Assembly: GCA_964106645.2 (NCBI GenBank)
Contig: OZ067046.1
Source of the DNA: Podarcis pityusensis
Lineage: Eukaryota
Length of the DNA: 64,000 bases
Direction: 5' to 3' (one strand)
Positions 11,640 through 24,860 of this stretch are shown here, one piece after another. Both the position numbers and the translations under genes were made by a program. Below the pieces are notes generated by a model. It saw only the letters and a program-made list of their open reading frames with translations, did no database searches and was not told the origin of the DNA. Numbering within the stretch: position 1 is the first letter of the stretch; each line of letters starts with the position of its first letter.

Positions 11640-12149
11640 TGTCAGGGACCGTGCTGAGGAAGGCTGCACTGAGGAAGAATGGTGGGAGCCTGCCCCTCCC
11701 CCTGCTCCTGCTCCTGAATCTTCCTAGGAGCAGGAGGACAGTATAGATTTGGAACAGTGGTTTGCAGAGGGACATAGTTCAGAAGGCAGAACTGGGAAAT
11801 ACTGGATGGGGGACAGCTAGGAGAAGAAACACTGGAAAAGAGAGGGTTAACAGATTCACAGTCTCTGGACAGCATTCCTCTGCTCAGCCCACGGTGAAGA
11901 AGAGCTCAAAAAGTGTCAGAACAAAAAGCACAGAGGATACAAGCTCATTTTACAAGACGTAGGAGTGGCGTAGATTAATAGGGACGGAAGGGGGTGTGAT
12001 CCTTAATTGGGAGCACCGCCATTTCTAGGAGATGTGTTTTTTGTTCTCTCACTGTGATTATTAAAGTTTCTAACTGGTAGGGCATTCCTTTCTTTGATCT
12101 TCTTATCTACTGCCACAGGGGGAGGGAGCTGATTTCCTGAAGCCTGACA
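11640..12149 (+). mobile_element. Solo LTR, probably Gypsy-type (510 bp)
   Basis: Termini TGTCAGG...CCTGACA, perfect 5-bp TSD GTTTG (11635-11639 and 12150-12154), ATTAAA near the 3' end, homologous to 30107-30690. Confidence 0.9.
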
Positions 12150-13039
12150 GTTTGTCTGGCTGAGTCACTGCTGCATATTGGAACAGAGAGGGGCAGGAGC
12201 ACAGCAGAAGTGAGGTTGGCATGGAGGAAACACACCAGTGGAACCAATCCAGTGCTACTGCTAGTGCATTTGCACCATGCCTACATTGCTGTCCCACTTC
12301 CCCATCCCTGTATAATGCAATGCCTCAGCCAGCTGGAGGTCAGGTGAGTGACAGAGCCCCACCACACTGGCCACTGCATGCTATAACTTAAGTAGAACCA
12401 TGAGTAATTAGATTAAGGATCCATCAAGATTTCTCCAGTAGTCTGTGAGGAAATGTGCATCTTGCACTACCCACCACCACCACCTCCCATCTTCTGACTT
12501 TAAGAGATTTTGTGCCCTCTAAGATTATACCGTTGTTGTTATTGTTCTTCATTAAAATCGCCTTCCACATATATGTGTCAAGGTGAGGGACAAGATATAA
12601 TAAAAACAGCAAAGAAGATAACAGCACCTGAAAAACAATAAAATGAGGCATTCATGGCAGGTCCACATACAATAGCATTGTACTTGCTTGCGGGGATGTA
12701 ACAGATTGCCTTTCTTCTAGATCACACTGATAGTTCTACTGCCTTTGGGAGATGGTACTGCTGCCATCTATTATAGAAAAGGTAATGGATCTGGTAAATG
12801 CAAGAAACAACGGAATAGAATACAGACGTGAATTCCTGGTCTTGGTCATTAAAGGAAGAGAAAGCCACACCTGATTTTAATAGAAGTGCTGAAAACCAGG
12901 ATCATATGAATGGAGCCAAAGCTAATTGAATTGAACCTAATTCCTCAGACATAAAGTTCTCTAGTTTATTGTAATTGTACATTTTCCCACCAACTACAGT
13001 CTACTTAATCTAGAAAATAAGTGGAGCGTATGTGTGATA

Positions 13040-13300
13040 CGGATGGGGGGGGGATGTGTTTAATTTGCATTTTAACACAAACCTATTAAATTCACAGTTC
13101 CCCAAACAATAAACAAACCAGAACTCATGATCCATCACAATTCACACTTCCCTGAATTTTGTGGTACAGTTCAACTAAAAATGATGTCTAAAAACACATA
13201 ATATTGCCTGCAAAAATGTGTATGTTTGGAGATACACACAAAATGCACATAGATATATACATATTCAGAGAGAAACACACATTAAAATGCAGAGAAAGTT
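13040..13300 (+). repeat. Old dispersed repeat (putative non-autonomous DNA element); related copies at ~52255-52480 and ~55205-55345
   Basis: Shared degenerate blocks in three places: ttcgatt.gttc.catttaaa, aaacaat.tgagaac, ttc.aaattca. Confidence 0.55.
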
Positions 13301-14011
13301 TCTGTGTGGTTAAATGGCATGCTTATTTTATAGATTAATTAAAGAAAATGTGAGTAACAAGCTTATTGTGATAAAAAAAAGTGGCTTTTAAAAATCTTGG
13401 TTTTTTACAGAATAATGAAGTGGTGCTAAAAAGAATCAGAAAAGACAATGATATAGCATGAAATGGGAAGTGCAATGTTCAGTGGACCAAAAGTAAGAGA
13501 AAACTGAAGACTTATTTTCCTTATGAAGAATTTTGCATGTACCTTTGGTCTTGTATAAAACAGCATGCTGAACATCTGCAATTGAAGAAGGAAGGTCACA
13601 ATTACTGGCGGTAGAGGCTGTGGAATGAGCTTTTAACTGCCAAGAAATGAGTAGCTGGCAGGCAGTTACAAAAATAAAACATTGTGAGGCCACAAACTGC
13701 AAAATGTTCTACAAATTCATATTCAGGAGCTATTCTACGCGTGCGAACTCCACTGAGACCACAGAGATTTCAAATTCATTTTAACAGATTAAAGAAGACC
13801 AATTTGACGTGCATATCCTTTTGTTCATTCAGATTTGCACCCAACTTTAGTCCTATTCAGAGTTCACACCTCACCTGATGGAAACCACAAGAGGGGAAGA
13901 GCAGGACTGCATTTGTACCCCTGCATGCACACGGATGTCACACTAACCTCCACATCCCGGTGTTGTGGCAGGAGATGATTACACAGTGCTAGTTTCCCAA
14001 AACATTGTTAT

Positions 14012-14290
14012 TCAAAGGTCCATCATCTGCAGAATCTCATCTGATTCAGAGGATTTGGAGAGAGTGGACAGAACATGGTTGTCATCTACATACTGGTGCC
14101 GTTGGGCGCTAAATCCCTGAAACGACATATTCGTGACCTTGTGGTCCAAATTCCCCCAGTGGCTTGATATTGATGTTAAAAGTATAGGCAACAAGATGAA
14201 ACTCTGATGTACTCCGCAGCACAACTGCCAAGGAGTCAAGCAGCAGTCCTCCAATCACTCTCTCCGGTAACAGTCATGCAAGTCATCAGC
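14012..14290 (-). mobile_element. L2 LINE RT fragment
   Basis: Degenerate CCGVHQSFIL (GVPQGSIL-like) and HQYVDD (YADD-like) motifs. Confidence 0.75.
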
Positions 14291-14591
14291 CAGTACACCT
14301 AGGCTCTTTTGGTTCTGGACTCCACGACCTCGCCCTTCCCCCAGTTTCTTGTAGGTACCTATAGCTCACATACAGTGAGCGAGCCTTCCATCAACTGCAG
14401 TGTGGCAAAACAATGCATTTTATAACCAACAGGGCACACCCAATCCATTCTGGAGTAAGGTCTATGTGATTAGGAAGTATCCTTGTAATACAGTGAGTTA
14501 CTATGACTTTGTTGAATTATTTGGATGGGGTTTTTTTGCTCTTGTTTGCTTTCTTTATATGCTATTGTGATCAGTGCTATTTTTCTAGAAA

Positions 14592-14789
14592 ATAGATAAC
14601 TTCTGAGACATTCAGTGAGAGACCTAACATCTTTGTATCTCCCACCACCACCACATTTGTAACATGAGCATCTCAGTCAAAGAGCCCAATATTTGAACAG
14701 TTCTAAAAGATCCAGAGATCAAACATTCGATGGATGTACAAGGTATTACTGCTGTTGTTATAAAACTTGTCTGATTAAGCTGTTGGGAC
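14592..14789 (+). repeat. 198-bp direct copy of 15688-15885, flanked by a 51-bp duplication (14542-14592 and 14797-14847)
   Basis: Direct comparison shows one mismatch between the two 198-bp copies. Confidence 0.97.
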
Positions 14790-14826
14790 TGTGGGATTGT
14801 TTGCTTTCTTTATATGCTATTGTGAT

Positions 14827-14964
14827 CAGTGCTATTTTTCTAGAAAAAGAGGGGCTGGAAGTCACCATGAACACCTCCATCGTTCTCTTAGAATGGCAAT
14901 GGTGTCCACCTGAGAGGTGCTGGAACTGAGTTCCGGTGAGTTCTACCTGGAAAAAAAAGCCCTG
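14827..14964 (+). mobile_element. hAT-type MITE
   Basis: TIRs CAGTGCTATTTTT...AAAAAAAGCCCTG; 8-bp TSD ATTGTGAT/ATTGCAAT. Confidence 0.8.
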
Positions 14965-17095
14965 ATTGCAATATTTGCTTTTTTAAAAGTGCTATTGTGA
15001 TTATTGTGAGCTACTCTGAGCTCAACATTTGTTGTTGGAAAAGCAGAATACAAATATTAAATCAAATCAAATCTCGTGCTAGGATCAGTGGGTGTGGCCC
15101 CAGTCTGCCCCTCATGTTATTACCACTGCATGAGGTTTCAATGCCTGAGCAGTGCATTTGAAAGGAAGCATGCACCCTCCAGGCACAAGTGTCCCTTAAG
15201 TATACAGCTGCTGTGCTGGAACTGCAGAATCTAGATGCAGTAGCTTCAGAGTAATCAACACAGCCAAGTGAGGGCTCTCTGGTTAAAGCAATATGGTACA
15301 GTCATATAAAGCCAACAGTATATTGGATCTAAAACAGCAACTGGGATTAACTGACTTAATATCTCATTTAGATTGGCATGCTGCGCTACAGGTTTGGATG
15401 CTATTTTATATGTATCCAAGCTGCCTAATATTATATGCATATATGTAGCCATTATATCACTCTTGTAAGACTGAACTCCAGTGGTGAGAGGTAAAAGATA
15501 TGGAGCCAAAAGAGAACCACTTAGATCAAAAGGAAATGGAATGCTTTTCCTCTTAAAGGATACTCTAAAAAGCAAATTTTACTGTGAATAAAGCACCTTA
15601 TTGCCATCTGTGTGTTTGAGGAACTAGCTCTGAAAAGCAAACAGGACACAGGGTCAGGAAATCTGGGATCTGTTACGAAGAAGGTATATAGATAACTTCT
15701 GAGACATTCAGTGAGAGACCTAACATCTTTGTATCTCCCACCACCACCACATTTGTAACATGAGCATCTCAGTCAAAGAGCCCAATATTTGAAAAGTTCT
15801 AAAAGATCCAGAGATCAAACATTCGATGGATGTACAAGGTATTACTGCTGTTGTTATAAAACTTGTCTGATTAAGCTGTTGGGACCTTTTTATTGAAATG
15901 ATAACAAAAGAATGCAGACAGTATTAAGCGGCTTTGATTTCAAAAGGGGTTTGAGGCAGCTTCACACAATAGATGTACAATAGAAAAGATTAACAAATAA
16001 GGGATAAAAAGCCTCCAACCTTGAATAAATAAAACAGATTAAGTGGCTAAGCACAGCTTGTGGCGGCATATATTTTAGTAGACTGTTAGGGCAGATGAAA
16101 ATGGAGTAGCACTGGGTGTTTGCAGCTTACTCAAGATTTTTCAATCCAAAAATGTATATGCAGGGATGAAAATTCACATGCAGGGAAATGTTTTCTTCTT
16201 GAAAATGAAAACAGGATAAACCAGCAAGCTGAATAAACATGCAAACTAAGTCTTTGAGCTGAAGTTGCAGGATCTGAGGCATGCAGCAAATGGCCTTGAA
16301 GGACTGTTTCAGTATTCAAAGCAGTTCTGCATACAGTCTGGCCTCAGATTTAGAGGGTGAAATGATATTTAAGGGAAGCAGGAAGGAAATTGCTTGTGCT
16401 GAGCTGAAACAGGTGGGTGAATTTTGTGGCCGTTATGATCATCTTTACCTGAGTTTTGAACACCCCTGTGAAAGGGTGTGAAAGTGTTGACAAGAAAGAA
16501 AGCGTCCCCATTTGCTGATGCAATTGGGCAAATGCTCTTCTGTCCCAACTGAAGCAGCTTGCCAGAATGGGAATGTGCTTTGGATACACATCCAAATACA
16601 ATGCAGTTTAGTTAGACCTCTGAATGTAGATGTCCATCTGTGCTACATTACTTTTAATGGAATGGGAATTGGTGTGCTCATCCAAATGCCTATCCCCATC
16701 TACATTCTGCCTCCACAAGGCATGTGTGACCATGTGCAAATAGAAATGGAATTAGGAAAAAGACTTGCCAGCACAGTATGGTAAGATAGGGAACATTGAA
16801 CCAGTTGCCTGTGTTAAAGTTTAATGCTGTGTTCAAGTACATTGTATTTAGAAATGCTGTATAGGAAGTTTGTTTGTTTTGCCTTAAGCACAGGGCTAGT
16901 GTTTTCTGTTGTGAATGAGCTAAACACCTTGTGACCAATATAATGACTAGAAAGTCACAAGACATAACAAAAAATGTAACCTGCGAACCACTTACCTGGA
17001 GGTTGATTGCAGCACATAGGTGCAGAAGCAGACAGGCAGATGCAGGGTATTGTTGGAGAGATACACAGAAACTTCATTTTAGTAAATATGATTAA

Positions 17096-17350
17096 TACAG
17101 TCGTAATTAAGCTCCTGAACGCCTTGGGAGTCGAACGTTCCAGCTCCCAAACAATTGAAAACCAGAAGTGAGCGTTCTGGTTTTCTAACCTTTTTTTGGA
17201 AGCTGAATGTCCAGCGCAGCTTCTGCTATTGTTTCCGGCGCACCTGCGCATTCGGGAACCAATCGGAAGTTGCGCCTTGGTTTCCGAACTTTTCAGAAGT
17301 AGAACAGACTTCCGGAACGGATTCCATCTGACTTGCGAGGTATGTCTGTA
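17096..17350. mobile_element. Tigger/mariner-type MITE
   Basis: Ends TA-CAGTCGTA...TATGTCTG-TA, TA TSD, relatively CpG-rich interior. Confidence 0.7.
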
Positions 17351-17592
17351 TCTCACTTTGGGAGCAGAGATAGGAACTTTAGGGAACTGAAACTCTTTAC
17401 AATGTATGACTTTGTTATTTTGTAACTAAGTGTTTAAGACTGTTCTGCAGTAAAGCTTTAAGATTTATTCTTGTCTTGTGTAATTTCTACACAAGATCTA
17501 GAACAGGTTTATTTGCCAACAGCCAGGAGAATAGAAATGAATTCACTCTTCCATGTGGCTCTCTGAGTGAAAAGTGTTCTCACCCCTGGATT

Positions 17593-17945
17593 AAAAAGGT
17601 AAAGGGACCCCTGACCATTAGGTCCAGTCGTGACCGACTCTGGGGTTGCGGCGCTCATCTCTCTTTATTGGCCGAGGGAGCTGGCTTACAGCTTCCGGGT
17701 CATGTGGCCAGCATGACTAAGCCGCTTCTGGCGAACCAGAGCAGCACACAGAAACGCCGTTTACCTTCCCGCCAGAATGGTACCTATTTATCTACTTGCA
17801 CTTTGACGTGCTTTCGAACTGCTAGTTTGGCAGGACCAGGGACCGAGCAACGGGAGCTCACTCTGTCGCGGGGATTCGAACCGCCAACCTTCTGATTGGC
17901 AAGTCCTAGGCTCTGTGGTTTAACCCACAGCGCCACCTGCGTCCC
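17593..17945 (-). mobile_element. Sauria SINE, full length
   Basis: tRNA-like head (GGTGGCGCTGTGGGTTAA, GGTTCGAATCC) and CCCTTTACCTTT tail; homologous to four other copies in the window. Confidence 0.93.
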
Positions 17946-19424
17946 ACTCCCTAGATTACACTATGACAAATAAACAGGAAAAATTGTTCTTAAGCATAGC
18001 TATATTACTACTAGAAGGAAGCAGTAAGCCATGTTGGAGTCGTCTGGACAAATAAGATGCAACCAACTGAACAGTGGGGGTGCTTTAAATTGCTACAGAA
18101 AAATTAAGAAACAGAACCAGCAGAGTACAAAGTATGTTTATCTTTCTGCAGTGGAATAGCAGAAATAATCAGATTCAGCATTTCGGCTCAATAGGATCTT
18201 CAAGTGGTTACTTTTACTCATATGTGATTTAAAGTGTGCTTATCTTTCAACATATACAAACAGCTCAGTCCAGCATTTTAGGCTAAGTGACTTTGGAGAA
18301 TTTGGTGGATGATGGATAAGATGATCAATCTACCAATTTAAAAGGAGTTAAGCATGCTGAGCTGAAAGGCACAGATTTTCAGGAAGTGAAGCTTTTCAGA
18401 AAGAATGCAAAGAAAGAGAAAGTGAAGATGGTGTAGAAAAAGGTGTGGGTAGCGTTGCAGACAGAAGGGCTTGCTTAATGCGTTTCACCAATGACAGAAA
18501 CTCCATCCAAATCTGAATGTTGTTTTGCTCCAAACAGTTTACAGTTCACTGAGCAAATACACTGGACCAAGCTTTCCTCTTGCTAGAAATTGCTCTGTGA
18601 GTTGCAAAACATGTGCAGACACATACCTCATGACGAAAGCCTGGCAGTGCTCATGAAAAGAGGCAGCACAAGAAAAGTGATTGGTATTCTAGCTAAAACA
18701 ATATCTAAGAAAACAAAATGGAAGAAACTGTGTTGGGGTGTGTGTGTATAGCATTAGAAAAGAATGGTGCAGTTTTCAAATCCAGAGACCAGATTGCAAC
18801 TAAAGGTAGGCCAAAATGCCAAAGCTCATTTGCCCGGGTATATCCATCCTCTACAAAGATGGATTTGAGCCTATGAGTCCATTCATTCATCATGTAAATG
18901 AAACCTAAGTTTCTGCAGTTGTTTTTTTAGGGGGTGGGGTAGCACAGAAAAATGTCTCTGAAATTTTCAGGGTGGGGTGCTTAGATGTAGGCTGTTTTTC
19001 AAGTCTAAACCTGCACAGTGGGTAGTGTGAGTGGGGGGGGGGGGGGGACAATGACTCTAAGCTGGGTGGGAAGGGCCCAGGGGCTGTATTTCTCTATCAC
19101 ATAATAAGAATATGTTTTACAAATGTAAAACATTTGTTGAGTATGGGTGACCTTTGTTTCCAGAATATATATGTGATAATAAACTCTCCCTATATATATA
19201 TTTATCTGCATCTATATCTGCATCTATATATCTAGAGGGAGAAAGGAGACAAAGTGGCATGTCACCAGTGGAAACTGGTGCAACAGTGGTTCATATCTGT
19301 CATGCGGACAATTAAGTAGAACTAGTGCTGGCTGAATGGAAGTTGCCTGGCGGTTTGCAAAGAACAAATGCATTGATTTTGAGTATTTTTCCAAAAGCTG
19401 TCTCAAGTTTCATTGAGATATATC

Positions 19425-19558
19425 CAGGGCCATCTTTACCTGGGGGTGCAAGGGGTGTGGAGCACCCGGGTGTCGAATTCTGGGGGGCAGCTAAACTAAA
19501 TTTTGGGGCACTGGGCAGATATTTGCACCCCAAGGCACATATTCTAAAGACGGCCCTG
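19425..19558. mobile_element. hAT-type MITE
   Basis: TIRs CAGGGCCATCTTTA/TAAAGACGGCCCTG; perfect 8-bp TSD GATATATC. Confidence 0.9.
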
Positions 19559-21110
19559 GATATATCCATGCAATGAAGGGATACCCTATTATTGAACATA
19601 TTGTACAGTATATCTAGTATGATGATCTTTTCCAGTCCCTGTTTCAGATATCCTACTGAACCTTTAGATTGTGGGCTAGTGATGCAAGAATACATGTACC
19701 AATATGTGTTGTTGTTTTTTGCTACAACGATTATGTTTCATCATATTACAAAGCAGCATAGCAGAGGAAAGCAGTCTGCAGGAGTAAGACGGAGCAGGGG
19801 AGGTGAATGACACACAGTCTCCTGTGCCAAGAGTGAACTCAATCCAATGGTTTTCCATGACTGAGTGGAGTTTCTCTGGCTCAGGTACCAAATGATGCTG
19901 GTTTGCCTCTGAAATTGTCAGCCAATTTAAAATTTATGCCTTTCCCTTTCTCCGCTCTTTTAAGGGTTTCAAGATGAAAATCATATTCTTTGGGCAGGAT
20001 GCCCTTTTGCTTGGCAGAACACAGAACATAATGAGTTTTTCCTTGTTCCTGTAACTTGTAAACAGTACAAAACACCTGAAATTCCACCCCACCCCTTTCT
20101 AATCCCTATTATTTGTCCATACATCACCTTAGTTATTTCGACTAGGGAGAAAAGGTATATGCATACCCAAAGAGCAAATAAGGAGTGGAGAAGTAAAAGC
20201 ATTTTGGTTTTGGTTTTTCCTTTTTCAGAGATCCAACTGCATGCTGGCTTCACCCACAACAATACAACGAACAGGATGTTACCTTAACAACAACTGTAAG
20301 CGACTAGCCTGTGCTTTTCACACACGTTGCTTTCTTTTCTTTTCTATTTTACATTGTCTTGTGCGTGAAATATCCCTCCCCCTCCCCCCGCACTCCCATT
20401 TCTCATTTTCACATCTGACTGAACCGCTCTCAAAAGCTGACAGGAAACTAAAACTTGATAAAAGGAGAATCATGATCACACGTTTCACTTGGAACCACTT
20501 GCACATATCCCAGACTGACAGAATCCTTGTCAGCTGAGGTGTGCGTATGCTTAGTATGCTTGAAGCATGACTGTGGCATAGTTATCCACAAAAATTGGAG
20601 GCTCCGCTCTGCTGTGGGTGTAAATTAGTCAGGCTGTACTGAAGGCCTGGGACTCACTCGCACTGGTTGAATAGCAAGCTCAGAACAGTAAGCTGCCAAG
20701 GAGTTCTCACATGAGGTGACTGGTGCTTTAAAGGTGAATATTTAGTTTCTAGCAGAGGTAGAATTCACTCCTCTGATGATATGAGGCACTCATTCCATTA
20801 CATCAAATTGTGACACCCAGGCCCACAAGCCATACCAACAAAGAAACCTGCAGTATTCTGAAGCCTGCTGTAATAATATGCATGTATTAAGTATCCTGTG
20901 TGATTTCTTAACTAAAACATCCCCCCCACCTTATGAAATATTACTGTTTTAGGTTGCAATCCTAAACACAGTGGACCTACTTCCAGTAGCAATGCTAGAG
21001 ATGCAGTTTGTTTCCTGCTTCAAATACTTTTTCTTAAGACTACAATCCTATACCTATTTACCTGGGAGTAAGCCCCATTGAACTTAGTGGCACTTACTTC
21101 ATATTCCATG

Positions 21111-21356
21111 TACAGTGGTACCTCTACTTATGAACCTGATCTGTTTCGGGGTGCCGTTTGCACCCCGAAAAGTCCGTAAGTAGAGCGCCGCTACTGCGCA
21201 TGCGCAATAGAGCACTTCTGCACATGCGCAAAGTGCACAGATCGCTTCTGCGTGTGAGCGTGCAGCGAAACCCGGAAGTATACACTTCCAGGTTTGCCGT
21301 GTTCGCAACCCGAAAATCCACAACATGAGGCGAATGCAACCAGAGGTATGGTTGTA
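21111..21356. mobile_element. Tigger/mariner-type MITE
   Basis: Ends TACAGTGGTACCTC...GAGGTATGGTTGTA; internal TGCGCATGCGCA repeats. Confidence 0.8.
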
Positions 21357-22891
21357 TTATCTGCCTCTGGTCTTTGGTCCTTGGCCCATACCATTTTCAG
21401 AGGTAGATTTAGAAGAGCGTGACCAGTTTGCCTGCACTGAGTGCCAAGCCACAAGGGTGCTGCAAGGGGCATCACAACAGTGACTTAAACCAGAAAGTGA
21501 GAGGTGGGGAAGCAAATATTGGCATTGCACAGGGTGAAATCTGAAATCCTAAAGTCTGCCACTGCCGTTTTCCTGCAGTTTAAAACAACCCAGAAATAGC
21601 ACATGTATGTGGCTTTCACCCATAAGTTTCCTACACCTGGTTTTTTTAAATAAATAATAATAATTAAACAAAATGGCAGCTTTTTTGTGTGTTTTCAAGG
21701 GACTGTGCTTTCCCTTAGGAAAAAAAAACCCATGTGGTTCCCCTCCTTCCATTTTTATGCAGTTATCAATAATATATTCAATCAAATTTATTTCTGAAAT
21801 TAGAGGGTAATAAAACATTATGCCTTATAGCACATAACTCAGCTATATAGCAGTGGCCAATTCCAAATCAGCGCTCATCAAGCTTTGGAATAAGAGAACC
21901 AATCAATAGCTAGTGTAAATCTGCAATGAGCTCCCACTCATTTATGCCATAGCTGAAATTCTGGCATGCTGTGCTCACTAGATATCTACTTAATATGGAT
22001 TAATACCAGCTAGGTAATAAATTCTTCAACATTAGGATTGAAATGGAAATGCTGACGGAGTGTTAACTACCCTTATACTGATGAATGTTGCTATGACGGT
22101 ACAGTAGAAATCTTCCATGGTACTTGATGTCTTTAATTTCCAAGATGCATCCTCTCTCATCTTAAACACCTGCTCACAAACAAACATGATTGAACATACT
22201 CTCTCCAAGCAGCTATCTTTAGCTTAACACTCTCCCTGCTTAGCTATATATTGTGCACATTTTGATGGGGCAGAAAACACTTAAAAAAAATATATTGTGA
22301 GCTTGTCGTGATGTTTGACCAACCATCATTCTATAATGTATTGGCTCTGCTGAAAGGCTGATCATATTTAGCCAGTTTTATATGTTGCTTTGTTGGTTAT
22401 ACCAGTTCATGCAGCTCTTCTAGTTGGTGTATGTGTGTTTGGACTCTGTGCAGTTTGTTGTTTTGGCAGCTGAAGCCCTAAAGCATCCAAATGCACTAAT
22501 ATATCCAATTTCACATCCTCTTACCACTTTGCAATACGACTATATTTCAAAATAAGCCTTTGCAATCTCCCATTAATGCTTGGTGTGTCACCAGATAAGT
22601 GCTTAGGAGGATGGGCCTTATTGGCAGCTTGTCAAAGCGTGACTGAGAGATGGTCTCTTTGACTATAGTGCTTTTCTGTTTTTGGCCTGAGAAGGAGTTT
22701 ATGTTTATCACAAATTATTGTCCGGTGCACAAAACCCAGACTATTCTTTCAGCAAATGCAAAGCTGCTTCTAAGTCTTTGGTACCTTGGCACCTAGTCCT
22801 TTAAAGACAATTACAAAGACATCTCTTTCTCAAGCCCAGGAGTGCCCTACCTTTTGGGGCTCATTTGCAAACTGGAGAAATTGATGTGGAC

Positions 22892-22892
22892 A

Positions 22893-22934
<42 letters not shown>
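22892..22934. repeat. (AC)n(AG)n microsatellite
   Basis: Direct read. Confidence 0.95.
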
Positions 22935-22964
22935 TGCAACCAGTTCTATTGGTTACAATATACA

Positions 22965-23346
22965 GCGAGTGGCGCTGTGGTCTAAACCACTGAGCCTCTT
23001 GGGCTTGCTGATTGAAAGGTTGGCGGTTCAAATCTGCATAATGGAGTGAGCTCCCGTTGCTTTGTCCCAGCTCCTGCCAACCTAGCAGTTCGAAAGCATG
23101 CCAGTGCAAGTAGATAAATAGGTACTTCTCTGTCGGGAAGATAAATGGCATTTCCATGCACCCTGGCTTCTGGCATGGTGTTCTGTTGTGCCAGAAGCGA
23201 TTTTAGTCATGCTGGCCACATGACTCAGAAAGCTGTCTGTGGACAAACGCTGGCCCCCCTGGCCTGAAAGTGAGATGAGCACTGCAACACCATAGTCGCC
23301 TTTGACTGGACTTAACTGTCTGGGGGTCATTTACATTTTACCCTTT
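22965..23346 (+). mobile_element. Sauria SINE (more diverged copy)
   Basis: GTGGCGCTGTGGTCTAAACC head, GTAGATAAATAGGTAC core, TTTAC-type tail. Confidence 0.9.
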
Positions 23347-24502
23347 TCCAGCTTTTTTCAAGCCTGATTTTGGTGGGGGAAAAGACCCCCCCCACAGGCA
23401 CCAGGGAAGGACCTTGTGGGCACACTTGAACCCACAGGTGCTGCATTCGCAACTCTGCTCTATTCTAGTTTTTCCTTCTAGATGATGCATATAACTCTAT
23501 CATGAGCCTCATCCTAGATAATATTCCACCATACCTTTCCAGGTGGATATCATCACTTTATTCCCTGCAGCCCCAATTATTATATAATTATATAATATAT
23601 ATTATATAATATTATACAAGTACATGAAGAGCTGCATTACTCAAGGAGACAACCAAAGACTCAAGAATGCAGTTACGTATATCCTCTGCTCCAGCACAAA
23701 GGTACATAACATGGTGTAGACCAGAGAATATGTCAATGCAACAATAATGATAAAGGGCTTGTTTTCTTAATGGATGCATATTATTCACTTTCCATGCCAT
23801 ACAGCTGGGTTCCTATTTTTGTCATTTTATTAATTCATTTAAGAAATAATATTTCAATTCTACTGCATTCAATACAACGTACAGCCATTATAAATTCAAT
23901 TTTCTGGAGTCCATACAATTCAGGCAATTTCACCTGGAGAGAAATAGGGAAAGAAAAATGATGGGAGAGCAGAACTAATGTAAAAGAATAAAGTCAAAAC
24001 AAGATAATTTCTGCTATCTATAGGAAGTGTTTTATATAAAGCACGTATTTAAAGTCATGCTTGAATTTATGGGATACATAAATTTGACTGAATATCACTA
24101 TGGCCATATGTTGAGTAACAAAACACACTGGAGAGCTGCTGCTAGTGCAAAATGCAGCTGCTTCACTGCTTACTGGGGCAGATCATCACCACCATGTTAT
24201 GCTGATTTTGACAACATTGTGCCAGGTGCCAATTAGCTACTGAGCTAAGTTCAAGGTGCTGATTCTGGCATGCAAACCCATATAAAGCCATCAGTTGATG
24301 ATAATCTGTGTGCTGCACTTAGTTAATTCTAGGTGCTTTATAAATGAGTTATTACTATTAAACATTTGGCCACAACTTAGTCTGGATAGCAATTCTAATA
24401 TGAACTCACCTGATCTGCACATCCTGGACCAATGTGCAGATCCAAACACAGTTATTCTTTGTATTTCACACTTAACAGAATTTTGCGATGCAGTAAGCCA
24501 CA

Positions 24503-24860
24503 GGGCGCTGTGGTCTAAACCACTGAGCCTAGGACTTGCCAATTGGAAGGTCAGCGGTTTGAATCCCCGCGACGGGGTGAGCTCCCATTGTTCAGTCCCA
24601 GCTCCTGCCAACCTAGCAGTTCAGAAGCACGTCAAAGTGCAAGTACATAAATAGGCACCACTCCGGTGGGAAGGTAAACGGCGTTTCCGTGCACTGCTCT
24701 GGTTTTGCCAGAAGTGGCTTAGTCATGCTGGCCACATGACCCAGAAAAACTGCCTGCAGACAAACGTCGGCTCCCTCAGCCAGTAAAGCAAGATGAGTGC
24801 CGCAACCCCAAAGTCATTTGCGACTGGACTTAACTGTCAGGGGTCCTTTACCTTTACCTT
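24503..24860 (+). mobile_element. Sauria SINE
   Basis: Homologous to the other copies; CCTTTACCTTTACCTT tail. Confidence 0.92.

Noticed and set aside
17476-17895. 139-aa ORF and similar peptides at 53867, 22861 and 24291
   Set aside because: Translations of Sauria SINE sequence.
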